The notes under the pieces: model-generated
Seen by the model: the letters and a program-made list of their open reading frames with translations, nothing else
Database searches by the model: none
Told to the model about the DNA's origin: nothing
Position numbers and translations under genes: made by a program
Source of the DNA: an uncultured Clostridia bacterium
GTDB taxonomy: Bacteria > Bacillota > Clostridia > TANB77 > CAG-508
NCBI GenBank assembly: GCA_944391575.1
Contig: CALXUC010000001.1
Location: 12,841 to 76,840, forward strand
Length of the DNA: 64,000 nt
Reading direction: 5' to 3'
Part shown: one piece after another, positions 31,539 through 39,920 of the stretch
How the letters are laid out: every line of letters begins with the position of its first letter
Numbering within the stretch: position 1 is the stretch's first letter

Positions 31539-32066
31539 TTATTTTTTTCTAATATATATTACACTAGCAACGGCAATGATTGCTAATACACTAATAGCTA
31601 CATAATATACAGCGCTTTGACCACCTGTTTGTGCTAAAGCATTACTTGTTGATAAAGATTCGATTAATTCGCCATCTTTATAAATTTCGATAACGCCATC
31701 TGCAGAGTCATAGCTTATTGTTGCGCCAACAACTTGTGCAGCTTCATTAGCTTTAGCTAAAACTGTTTGTTTTTGTGCAGTTGTTAAATCTGCTAAACTT
31801 TCTACACCTGTTTCATTTATATATTCAACAGTTTCGTTAACTTTAGCTTTTATTGATTCAACTTGTTCAGCTGTAACTTCATTGTCTTCTAAAAATCTAT
31901 CAAGTTTTACTAAATCAGCATCTGAAAGCTTAACTGTTTCACCTGCTACTGTAAAACTTTGTGAAGCAAATGCTTTTAAGTCTTCAGCTGGTGTAGCTGC
32001 GTTCACAACAGTTAATGTAGAAATTAATACTACAAATAACGCAAAAACTAATAATTTCTTCTTCAT
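31539..32066 (-). CDS. Secreted cell-wall-anchored protein with C-terminal LAQTG sorting signal
   Basis: Signal peptide (MKKKLLVFALFVVLISTLTVVNA), Ala/Thr/Glu-rich body, C-terminal ...NALAQTG-GQSAVYYVAISVLAIIAVASVIY-IRKK (motif, hydrophobic span, basic tail). Confidence 0.7.
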   Translation of the reverse strand: MKKKLLVFALFVVLISTLTVVNAATPAEDLKAFASQSFTVAGETVKLSDADLVKLDRFLEDNEVTAEQVESIKAKVNETVEYINETGVESLADLTTAQKQTVLAKANEAAQVVGATISYDSADGVIEIYKDGELIESLSTSNALAQTGGQSAVYYVAISVLAIIAVASVIYIRKK

Positions 32067-32133
32067 TTTTTTACCTCCATTTTTTTGATGAATTTATTTT
32101 AACACTAATTAGGATTAATTGCAATACTTTTTT

Positions 32134-32634
32134 TTAAATTTTTTTCAAATTTTTTCGATTATTTTTAAAATTTTTTATTTTATTAATAATTCCACCTATA
32201 ATTATCGTAAATATTACTCCTGTTGTAGCACCTGCCGTATCTATGCAAACATCTCTAAATTGTCCACTTCTGCCAGATACAAGTGTTTGATGCGTTTCGT
32301 CTGAAACTGCATAGCAAAAACATATTCCTACAGCACATAAAAATGCTCTTATATTACTAAAATTATATAATTTAAGTAATATAAACATTAAAATTCCTCC
32401 TACTGCATATATTGAAAAATGCGCTGCTTTTCTTACATAAAATGATACTGTACTAGTTAAACTCTTTATTTCATCTTCTGGCACATCTTTTATAGTTGTA
32501 ATTATTTCTACTACTTTATTTACTATAACTCCACTAGTCTTAGATGAACTTACTCCATTTTGACTTGAAAATAGAAAAACCGCTAACATCCATAGTAAAA
32601 AAAGTATTAAAACTACTTTTCTTTTCACCATCAA
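32134..32634 (-). CDS. VanZ-family membrane protein
   Basis: About 4 TM helices with the conserved RKAAHFSIYAVGG and DETHQ motifs of VanZ. Confidence 0.75.
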   Translation of the reverse strand: MMVKRKVVLILFLLWMLAVFLFSSQNGVSSSKTSGVIVNKVVEIITTIKDVPEDEIKSLTSTVSFYVRKAAHFSIYAVGGILMFILLKLYNFSNIRAFLCAVGICFCYAVSDETHQTLVSGRSGQFRDVCIDTAGATTGVIFTIIIGGIINKIKNFKNNRKNLKKI

Positions 32635-32644
32635 CTCTCCTTTC

Positions 32645-33625
32645 TTACCTTCTCTTTAATTCTCTAAAGCCACATCTTTGGCAAAGAGGGTGCAGTAATT
32701 TATTTTTCTTAAATCCTTCTGCTATCTCCTTTGCCAAATTTGAATTTAAAATATTTTCAAAACTATTCTCGTAATTATAGTTTGAATTATTTTGTAAATC
32801 AACTTTCAAATTACTTTCCGATTTATCATTTATTACATCACTTTTAAATCCACTTTTCACGTTACTTTTGCTACCCGATTCTAAAATATTTCCTAAATTA
32901 ATATCTCCATTTTGGTCTAAACAGCACGGTACTACTGTACCATCTACTAGAATTGCAATTTGATTTATCAAGCCATAACAGCTTCCAGTTTTTGAAATTA
33001 CATCTTTATTTAAATTAGGCCATTCGTATATTGTGTCTAAATTTATATATTTCTTTTCTGATATTTTTATAAAATCATTATTCTTAACTAATTCAAATAA
33101 ATTGGAAATATTATAATAATTTTTTAAAGAATTTAATACTTCTGTATTTTTATCACTATCTTTAATATCTTCTAAATTCCATAACCTATATGAAACATAA
33201 AAATTATTAACCTTTGTAATTTCTTCTACTGTATTAAACAAATCTTCAAAATAAAGTTTTTTATCAAAATCTAAATTGCTATTTTGCTCAATACTATGTA
33301 GTGATATATTAATTTGCCTAATAGCTTTCGCCTTAGACAATATGCCTGCCTTATTTTTTATTAAGGTACCATTCGTTGTAATTATTACATTTAAATTATA
33401 CTTAAAAGCTAAATCTAAAATCTCCTCAATATTTGGATGTAATAAAGGTTCACCTTTAACGTGCAAATATATGTAATCTGTATAATTTTTTATTTGCTCT
33501 AAAATTTTTTCTACATTATCTATAGTCATAAATTCTTGCTTTCTGTTAATTGTATCACAAAATCTACATTTTAAATTACATACATTTGTTATTTCTATAT
33601 ATATTCTTTTAAATCTCTTTTTCAT
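32645..33625 (-). CDS. Radical SAM / SPASM-domain protein
   Basis: CNLKCRFC (Cx3Cx2C) near the N-terminus; C-terminal Cys cluster (CYGL...PCC...LCQRCG) consistent with an auxiliary Fe-S SPASM/twitch domain; an Asn/Ser/Lys-rich low-complexity insert precedes the last Cys pair. Confidence 0.75.
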   Translation of the reverse strand: MKKRFKRIYIEITNVCNLKCRFCDTINRKQEFMTIDNVEKILEQIKNYTDYIYLHVKGEPLLHPNIEEILDLAFKYNLNVIITTNGTLIKNKAGILSKAKAIRQINISLHSIEQNSNLDFDKKLYFEDLFNTVEEITKVNNFYVSYRLWNLEDIKDSDKNTEVLNSLKNYYNISNLFELVKNNDFIKISEKKYINLDTIYEWPNLNKDVISKTGSCYGLINQIAILVDGTVVPCCLDQNGDINLGNILESGSKSNVKSGFKSDVINDKSESNLKVDLQNNSNYNYENSFENILNSNLAKEIAEGFKKNKLLHPLCQRCGFRELKRR

Positions 33626-33715
33626 ATCAATTCCTTTTAAAAAAATTATATTGTATTATTATACAGTATTTAATTTGTTTTGTAAATATTTAATGTGTAA
33701 AATTTATGTGAATTT

Positions 33716-33868
33716 TTGAGTAACAACTCAGCATATATTTAAATAAAAGCTTGATATATAGCTATTTTTAGTCAAAACACAGCTAGGGTGCCACAATCCG
33801 GGTCTTGACTTGCAAATAGCTATATATCAAGTTTTTATAATTTTTTACAGAACTGTAATGTTTGGGAA
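33716..33868. repeat. Full copy of MITE-like element (family 1) with tail motif, immediately upstream of the ssrA promoter
   Basis: gtaacaactcagcatatatttaaataaaagcttgatatatagctatttttagtcaaaacacagctagggtgccacaatccgggtcttgacttgcaaatagctatatatcaagtttttataattttttacagaactgtaatg. Confidence 0.8.
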
Positions 33869-33888
33869 AAATTTCCTTCCAAAATACC

Positions 33889-33917
33889 TTGATAAAATTA
33901 TTAAATTATAGTATAAT
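33889..33917 (+). promoter_or_regulatory. Sigma-A-type promoter for ssrA
   Basis: TTGATA (33889-33894), 17 nt spacer, TATAAT (33912-33917), followed by the mature tmRNA 5' end. Confidence 0.5.
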
Positions 33918-33928
33918 AGATGACATAT

Positions 33929-34292
33929 GGGGATGTATTTGGCATCGACATTATTTTTGAAATATAAATAGCGAGTGGTGGATTCTCGTTGGCCACCTAA
34001 AAAAACGGGAAATAAATCTAAATGCTGATAATAATAGAGAATTAGCATACGCTGCTGCCTAAGCGCACAGCTCGTTCTATCCTAAAGCCTACTGTTAGGA
34101 ATAGAGCGTCGATTAAAGTAGGAAACAAAAATGTTTTTGCTATTAAAACATTGGGTACTTTTAAATAGCTACTAATATTTTTAGCTTGTTTATTAGCGAA
34201 AAATAGAGGGAATGTTAAATAATAAACTGCACTCGGAGAAGTTTATATGGATAATTTAGTGGACAGGGGTTCGACTCCCCTCATCTCCACCA
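33929..34292 (+). ncRNA. ssrA: Transfer-messenger RNA (tmRNA, SsrA)
   Basis: 5' GGGGAUGUAUUUGGCAUCGACA (tRNA-like acceptor/D region). Internal tag ORF GCT GAT AAT AAT AGA GAA TTA GCA TAC GCT GCT GCC TAA encodes ADNNRELAYAAA-stop. 3' GGACAGGGGTTCGACTCCCCTCATCTCCACCA (T-arm plus CCA). Confidence 0.75.
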
Positions 34293-34336
34293 AAAGTTTG
34301 AGAGACTCTAAAGGGGAGTCGAAAAGGAGGATTAGA

Positions 34337-34359
34337 AAATAGTCCAGTGGACTATTTTC
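34337..34359 (+). terminator. Perfect palindromic hairpin after ssrA
   Basis: aaaatagtccagtggactatttt. Confidence 0.55.
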
Positions 34360-34374
34360 CCGACGTGGCTCGCC

Positions 34375-34394
34375 GACTCCCCTCATCTCCACCA
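34375..34394 (+). repeat. Direct duplication of the tmRNA 3' end (att-like site)
   Basis: cgactcccctcatctccacca is identical to 34272-34292; the following about 30 nt (Raaattt.agagactctaaa..ggag) is also similar to the sequence after the first copy. Confidence 0.75.
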
Positions 34395-34431
34395 GAAATT
34401 TTAGGAGACTCTAAAAAGGAGCGTGAATTTT

Positions 34432-34704
34432 ATGATGTATCCATACGTAAAGTATTCTGATGAAACCGAAGTTACTTTTTCTAATATTTATATTGAAAAT
34501 GATATAGAATGTATAGATGTACATTTTGAAAGACCTGCAGAAAACGGTTTTGACTCTGTTAGAATACAATTACCAACCTACAAAGTAACAGTCTGGGAGG
34601 GTAATTACAGTGAAGCAGAAATAGAATTTTTTAAACAGGTAGTTCAAAATAGTGCAGATTTATTTTATAAGTATGCACGTGAAGGAGGTCTTAAATTTGC
34701 CTAG
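34432..34704 (+). CDS. Hypothetical small protein
   Basis: ORF with AAAAAGGAG RBS 11 nt upstream of the ATG at 34432; stop 5 nt before the next gene's start; no recognisable motif. Confidence 0.45.
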   Translation: MMYPYVKYSDETEVTFSNIYIENDIECIDVHFERPAENGFDSVRIQLPTYKVTVWEGNYSEAEIEFFKQVVQNSADLFYKYAREGGLKFA

Positions 34705-34709
34705 TATTT

Positions 34710-34985
34710 TTGAAAGTTATCGGATACAAAATTTATTTTTGGTCCAACGAGAATAATGAGCCTATTCATGTTCATATATCCAAAGGAAGATTAACTCAAA
34801 ATTCTACTAAAGTTTGGCTTACTAAAGCTGGCGGTTGTATTTTGTGTAACAACAAAAGTGGAATTCCTAACAATGATTTAAATAAGCTATTAAGTATTAT
34901 TTCAAGACATTACTTTTTAATCATTTCTAAATGGAAAGAATATTATCATATCGATAATACAAATGATGTTAAGTTTTATTGTTAG
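34710..34985 (+). CDS. DUF4160-family small protein
   Basis: YKIYFWSNENNEPIHVHISKG matches the DUF4160 signature (YFYSNE..EPpHvHv); TTG start after a GAAGGAGG RBS. Confidence 0.55.
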   Translation: MKVIGYKIYFWSNENNEPIHVHISKGRLTQNSTKVWLTKAGGCILCNNKSGIPNNDLNKLLSIISRHYFLIISKWKEYYHIDNTNDVKFYC

Positions 34986-35030
34986 TTGAATGTTTTTATC
35001 AACTAATATGCCCACTTTAGTCCTCCTCTT

Positions 35031-35052
35031 TCCCCTTCTAGCACAAATAATT
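35031..35052. repeat. 22 bp perfect direct repeat tccccttctagcacaaataatt (copy 1; copy 2 at 35365-35386)
   Basis: The two copies flank the 35062-35304 small ORF; copy 2 lies inside the 3' end of the LemA CDS. Confidence 0.75.
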
Positions 35053-35061
35053 ATATTTTAA

Positions 35062-35304
35062 ATGAAAAAGTTTTATTTAACATATAAAAGTGGTTCCACA
35101 CAGTGGAACCAGTTAAGTTGGAGCCATAATCGTTTAATAATGAATATAGATTTAGAAGATTATAAGAAAGGAGTGATGAAAATGAGTAAATTTAAAAATT
35201 GGAAAGATGTAAAAAAGGAACTTGAATTTACACCTGAAGAAGTAGAAGAAATGGAACTTGAAAAAGAAATTATAAAAGCTACTATTGAAGCAAGAAAAAA
35301 GTGA
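35062..35304 (+). CDS. Small ORF (80 aa); the C-terminal 40 aa resemble a small antitoxin-like helical peptide
   Basis: ORF only; MSKFKNWKDVKKELEFTPEEVEEMELEKEIIKATIEARKK; bracketed by 22 bp direct repeats. Confidence 0.3.
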   Translation: MKKFYLTYKSGSTQWNQLSWSHNRLIMNIDLEDYKKGVMKMSKFKNWKDVKKELEFTPEEVEEMELEKEIIKATIEARKK

Positions 35305-35338
35305 ATTTAACGCAACAGAACAAAGTAATTACACAATC

Positions 35339-35863
35339 TTACATTTCCACCTTCACACTATCTTCCCCTTCTAGCACAAATAATTGCATTTCTTTAAAAT
35401 TAAAAATTGAAGCTATTATATTATTAGGAAAAGTAGTTATCTTAGTATTATATTTAGTAACGTCATTATTATATATTCTGCGAGCTGCTTGTAGCTGGCT
35501 TTCTATTTTTATTAATGTTTTTTGCAATTTTAAAAATTGTTCACTAGCTTTAAGTTCTGGATAATTCTCTACAACCGCCATTATATTATTAAATTCATAA
35601 TTTAATTCATTCCCTATTTCAAAATCAGGTTTTTCTTTATATTTTTTTCTTAAATTTGTAATCTTTTCTAAAACTTCATTTTCATAATTTGCGTATGCCT
35701 TTGTTACTTCTATTAAATTTGGAATTAAATCAAATCTTTGTTGCAAATACACATCAATTCCGCTTTTAGACTTATTTACATTATTCCTCAAATTTATAAT
35801 ACTATTATATACCCATATAACAGCAATTATTAACACTACGATTATAATTATTGCAATTTTCAT
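35339..35863 (-). CDS. LemA family protein
   Basis: N-terminal TM helix then the LemA core (YNSIINLRNNVNKSKSGIDVYLQQRFDLIPNLIE...); the last ~12 aa appear to be a read-through into direct repeat copy 2. Confidence 0.8.
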   Translation of the reverse strand: MKIAIIIIVVLIIAVIWVYNSIINLRNNVNKSKSGIDVYLQQRFDLIPNLIEVTKAYANYENEVLEKITNLRKKYKEKPDFEIGNELNYEFNNIMAVVENYPELKASEQFLKLQKTLIKIESQLQAARRIYNNDVTKYNTKITTFPNNIIASIFNFKEMQLFVLEGEDSVKVEM

Positions 35864-36011
35864 TATTTCAACCCCTAAATATTTTTATAAATTTTATCAT
35901 AATTTTTTACAGAAAACAACACATATATTAAATTTTATGTTATAATCTTTGTATTAAATTTTATGTTATAATCTTTTTATAAAGTTATAATCCAACAAGA
36001 AAAAAACATAT

Positions 36012-36098
36012 AATCTTGATACATAGCTATTTGCAAGCAAGACCCGGATTGTGTCGCCCCAGCTATGTTTTGAGTAAAAACAGATATGTATCAAAATT
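36012..36098. repeat. Degenerate copy of MITE-like element (family 1) between lemA and the DUF3137 gene
   Basis: atcttgatacatagctatttgcaagcaagacccggattgtgtcgccccagctatgttttgagtaaaaacagatatgtatcaaaa. Confidence 0.7.
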
Positions 36099-36131
36099 TT
36101 ATGAGGTTTATGCTAATAATGGAGGGTAATT

Positions 36132-37295
36132 ATGAACAATTTTTTTAAAGAGATTTTATTAATAGTATTAAAAATAGCTCTGCCAATAATTGTAGTTTTT
36201 GGTATTCTATATCTTTCGTTTAATTTTAATTTTGAACTTAATCCAAAAGTTATGTATTTTGCATTGCTAGCAGTCTTTTTTCTCATAATTTTTATGGTTC
36301 CATACATAAATAAACGTATTAAAAACAATTACAAAAACAATATTGTTACTGAAGATAAGCCGTACGAATTTAGAAAAATTTATATGGATTTATATAATAG
36401 TCACATTATAACTTTAGAAAAAATGCGTAAAAAGCTTAAATGGAGAACTGTACTTCAATTTACAGCCTTTGCACTATTTTTTGTGGGCTTTATATTTGGT
36501 AGAGCTGAATTTGTTATAATATCACCTTCTATTGATGCAATACTTCCTATTGTAGGAATAATATCTTTCTTTGTGGGGTTTATTTTTACTTTTATAAATT
36601 ATAAATATAAGAAAACATACACAAGTACTTATAAAAATGAAATAATATCTAATTTTATTAAACTTTTAAACGATAAATTAATTTATAAACCTGATTTTAA
36701 TACTTCTCGACAAATACAAAGAGATTACATAGAGGCTAATTTTGAAAATAGAAATTTTAATAGATTTTATCAAGATGATTACATAGAAGGAAATTTAGAT
36801 ACGGATATTTCTGTAAAAATGGTAGATGTACATCTTCAAAATGTTACCGGTAGCGGGAAAAATAGACATACTGAAGAAATATTTCAAGGTATTTTTGGGC
36901 TTACAAAATGTAGTAAAGATATAAATACATATATAAAAATTTCCAAAAATAAAATTAAACTTTTCGATAATAACTCAAGAGTAGAAATGGATAGCCAAGA
37001 ATTTGAAAAATATTTTGATATTTATTCAGAAGATAAAATTTTAGCAATGCGTATCCTTACAGCAGATACAATGGAATATTTAATTAACTTTTATGAAAAA
37101 TATAAATTAGAGTTTGAGATTGTTTTTAGAAATGATAAAATATATTTAAGATTTTTTACTGGTCCTATGTTTGAGCCTAAAGTATTCGGAAATTCTATGG
37201 ATAAAGAGTTATTGTTTATATATTACAGCATTTTAGATTTTGTCTTACAAGTTACGAAGAAAGTTAATAAAACTTTACAGGAGATTGAAATATGA
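36132..37295 (+). CDS. DUF3137-like membrane protein (frequent LemA partner)
   Basis: Two N-terminal TM hairpins then a soluble domain; divergent neighbour of lemA; GGAGGG RBS. Confidence 0.55.
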   Translation: MNNFFKEILLIVLKIALPIIVVFGILYLSFNFNFELNPKVMYFALLAVFFLIIFMVPYINKRIKNNYKNNIVTEDKPYEFRKIYMDLYNSHIITLEKMRKKLKWRTVLQFTAFALFFVGFIFGRAEFVIISPSIDAILPIVGIISFFVGFIFTFINYKYKKTYTSTYKNEIISNFIKLLNDKLIYKPDFNTSRQIQRDYIEANFENRNFNRFYQDDYIEGNLDTDISVKMVDVHLQNVTGSGKNRHTEEIFQGIFGLTKCSKDINTYIKISKNKIKLFDNNSRVEMDSQEFEKYFDIYSEDKILAMRILTADTMEYLINFYEKYKLEFEIVFRNDKIYLRFFTGPMFEPKVFGNSMDKELLFIYYSILDFVLQVTKKVNKTLQEIEI

Positions 37296-37341
37296 TACAA
37301 AACAAGCTGCACTATTAAGTGCAGCTTGTCAAATCATTCTT

Positions 37342-38622
37342 TTAAGGCTTTAGAGCTGTTATTGGGAACACATAAATACCATCTTTTCTCTTAACTACAG
37401 CATTATATAGACCGCAAATTATGCACATAAACTTAGGTTTTACTTCAGCCATTTCATAAAACTTTTTCAAATTACTTGCAGCTTCCTCCTCTTTATTCGC
37501 GCCTAGTTTTATTTCTATTGCACCATATTCTCCATCTGCAAATTCTATAATAGCATCTATTTCAAGTCCTGTAGAATTTTCTCTATAATGATATAATTTA
37601 GCATCAATACTTTCAGCATATATTTTCAAATCTCTTTCACATAGTGCTTCAAAATACAACTCAAATGTTTCTAGATCGTTCATTAATTTAGTTGGAGTTA
37701 AGTTTAATATAGCACAACCTAAAGAGGGATCTACAAAATGTCTTTTAGGCTTCTTACCCACATTTACTCTTGAACGTATTCTATACATAAAAGCATTCTG
37801 ATTTTCTATTAAATGTAATTTATTTAACACATTTAAATAATCTGCTACTGTGTTTCTACTTACCATTAATTCCTCTTCTGTTGCATTCTCATCAATATCT
37901 TTTATTAAAACATTATTTGAAGAAATTGTTGTTTCATTTCTTGCAAGAGATCTTAGTAACATTTCCATCTTATTTCTATCTCTTGCAACTTTGTCTACTT
38001 CAAAAATGTCCTTTTCCAACACTGCATCTATATAACTTTTTGTTATTTTTCTAGCTTGTTCTACACTTAAATTAATACTTTCTGGCCACCCGCCTCTTAC
38101 AATTAATTCTGCTAGCCTTTGTAATTCTACCTTATCTACTAATTTATTTTTTACAGTCTCATTATATAAATCTGTTAAAGAAATTTCACCACTTGAATCG
38201 CCAGATTCATATAATGACATTGTATACATTTTCATTCTACAAATTCTTCCTGCTCCTGAATGATATATTTGAGACGTTACTGGAGTTGCAGAACCTGTTA
38301 ATATATATTTTCCTTTTTCTTTATCCTCATCACATTTATATCTAACAGCATCCCATATTGCTGGAACTTCTTGCCACTCATCAATAGTTTTAGGGAACTC
38401 ACCATCTAAAACTAAATTAACATCCATTTCTGCTAAATGCTTTTCTCTAAAATTATCTGCTGTATTATTTAAATATGATACACTATTAGAATGATTTAAT
38501 GCTGTCCAAGTTTTGCCACACCATTTTGGACCTTCTATACTTATCGCACCAAATATTTTTAAATTTTCTTCTATTGCATCATCTATTATCCTTCTAATAT
38601 ATCCTTTTTTTGTTAATTTCAT
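37342..38622 (-). CDS. ATPase of the AAA_14 + DUF4143 type
   Basis: IEGPKWCGKTWTA P-loop-like motif, 426 aa, architecture of the widespread ATP-binding protein (DUF4143) family. Confidence 0.65.
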   Translation of the reverse strand: MKLTKKGYIRRIIDDAIEENLKIFGAISIEGPKWCGKTWTALNHSNSVSYLNNTADNFREKHLAEMDVNLVLDGEFPKTIDEWQEVPAIWDAVRYKCDEDKEKGKYILTGSATPVTSQIYHSGAGRICRMKMYTMSLYESGDSSGEISLTDLYNETVKNKLVDKVELQRLAELIVRGGWPESINLSVEQARKITKSYIDAVLEKDIFEVDKVARDRNKMEMLLRSLARNETTISSNNVLIKDIDENATEEELMVSRNTVADYLNVLNKLHLIENQNAFMYRIRSRVNVGKKPKRHFVDPSLGCAILNLTPTKLMNDLETFELYFEALCERDLKIYAESIDAKLYHYRENSTGLEIDAIIEFADGEYGAIEIKLGANKEEEAASNLKKFYEMAEVKPKFMCIICGLYNAVVKRKDGIYVFPITALKP

Positions 38623-38649
38623 TTAACACCACCTCTATATGAATATTAA

Positions 38650-38860
38650 CATATTTTACTATTTTTTGCAGTACTATTGTGCAACTTTTATTGTTTTTAT
38701 TGTGCAACTTTTTAAAAGTTTGTTGTGCAGTTTTTAAATAAATTATTGTGCAATTTGTACTATGTCAAGAAAGTAGACTGTACTATATCAAGAAAGTAGC
38801 CACATAAAAGTAAAAGTTTGGTACTAGCCACAAAAGTAACTACTACCAAACTTTAATAGA
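38650..38860. repeat. Cluster of short direct and inverted repeats in the upstream region of the DUF4143 ATPase gene
   Basis: attgtgcaactttt-like unit x4 (38675, 38698, 38721, 38744), actatRtcaagaaagtag x2, agccacaNaagtaa x2, agtttggta/taccaaact inverted pair. Confidence 0.7.
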
Positions 38861-38877
38861 TATTTATCATATAATTT

Positions 38878-39018
38878 AATACATATTTCTAATTCTTCTC
38901 ATAACTTTTCTGCCTTTTTTCATCATCATGTTTTTAGTATTTTTAGTATCCACCCACATCATTAAAACTCCAGCAGAAACCATTGTACCTACTATCATAC
39001 CTTTTACAAATTTCATAA
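38878..39018 (-). CDS. Small hydrophobic peptide (46 aa), hypothetical
   Basis: GGAGGTAATAATT-ATG RBS; MKFVKGMIVGTMVSAGVLMMWVDTKNTKNMMMKKGRKVMRRIRNMY; below the ORF-track length cutoff. Confidence 0.3.
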
Positions 39019-39035
39019 TTATTACCTCCATTTTA

Positions 39036-39434
39036 CTAATTTTTCTTTATATTCTTATTATTACTCAAATTATCTTTTTTATACAATTTAATTAAGGATA
39101 ATATTTCAAAAAAAGCAATTATTCCCAAAAAAATTCCAAAAAATTTTTTCAAACTCTCCGTATCTAAAATTAAAGCAATTTTAGCACCTATTACTGCTCC
39201 TACAACTCCAAATATGATAATAGGAATTGCTATTTTCCATTTTATAATTCCACTTTTAAAATTTAAAAAAATCGAGATTAAAGCTGCAGGCACAAAAAAA
39301 GCAATATTAGTAGCTTGTGCAACGTGTTGCTCTACTCCGCCAAAATAGTGAAAGTAAAATAATTAAAACACTTCCACCACCCATACCTAAACCACTTACA
39401 ATTCCGCCTACAATTCCTGCTAAAATTTCCATAA
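39036..39434 (-). pseudogene. TSUP (TauE/SafE) family half-size permease gene with an internal frameshift
   Basis: The ORF from ATG 39434 (MEILAGIVGGIVSGLGMGGGSVLIILLSLF...) drops out of frame near 39335-39350 and continues in another frame as ...VEQHVAQATNIAFFVPAALISIFLNFKSG... to 39036. Confidence 0.55.
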
Positions 39435-39461
39435 ATTTTTCCTTCCTTTATTCTTTACAAG

Positions 39462-39530
39462 TTAGATATAATCAAAACTAGCTGGAGCTTAACAATCCGG
39501 GTATTGATTTGCAAATAACTTTTATCATAA
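39462..39530. repeat. Degenerate partial MITE-like element (family 1) between the two TSUP half-genes
   Basis: agctggagcttaacaatccgggtattgatttgcaaataactttt. Confidence 0.55.
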
Positions 39531-39566
39531 TTTGCAATAAAAATTTTAAAAAGCACTATATTAATT

Positions 39567-39920
39567 TCAAATTAAATATCTTATAGAAACATATATTAAA
39601 AATATAATAAAAATTAATTTTAAAACTTTATTCGAAAGATTTTTTAATAATTTAGTTCCTATTACACTACCAACCATTCCTCCTATTGCACATTTTATGG
39701 CTAAATTCCAATCTATTAAATCATTTCTAGAATATATTATTCCAGAGGTTATTACCATTGGTAATATGCAAAATATCGTTGTTGCCCTTGCTTCTCTTTC
39801 ATTTAATTTTAATAAATGTACAAAAATTGGTACAAGTATAAGACCACCACCTGCTCCAAAAAGACCAGATATTATACCTGAACTTATTCCAATAATTATA
39901 TTTTTAAACATAAAAATCAC
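39567..39920 (-). CDS. TSUP (TauE/SafE) family half-size permease (4 TM)
   Basis: GISSGIISGLFGAGGGLILVPIFVHLL motif typical of TauE/SafE repeats; 117 aa. Confidence 0.65.
   Translation of the reverse strand: MIFMFKNIIIGISSGIISGLFGAGGGLILVPIFVHLLKLNEREARATTIFCILPMVITSGIIYSRNDLIDWNLAIKCAIGGMVGSVIGTKLLKNLSNKVLKLIFIIFLIYVSIRYLI

Noticed and set aside
33845-34048. 67 aa minus-strand ORF overlapping the ssrA promoter and 5' part of the tmRNA
   Set aside because: It overlaps the structured tmRNA gene and its promoter, has no RBS, and its product looks random. The tmRNA assignment explains the region.
34240-34300. Possible tRNA gene suggested by the GGTTCGACTCCCC T-arm and CCA end
   Set aside because: The T-arm/acceptor belongs to the 3' tRNA-like domain of the tmRNA, whose 5' GGGGAUG...CGACA partner lies at 33929. 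No independent cloverleaf with an anticodon arm can be drawn.
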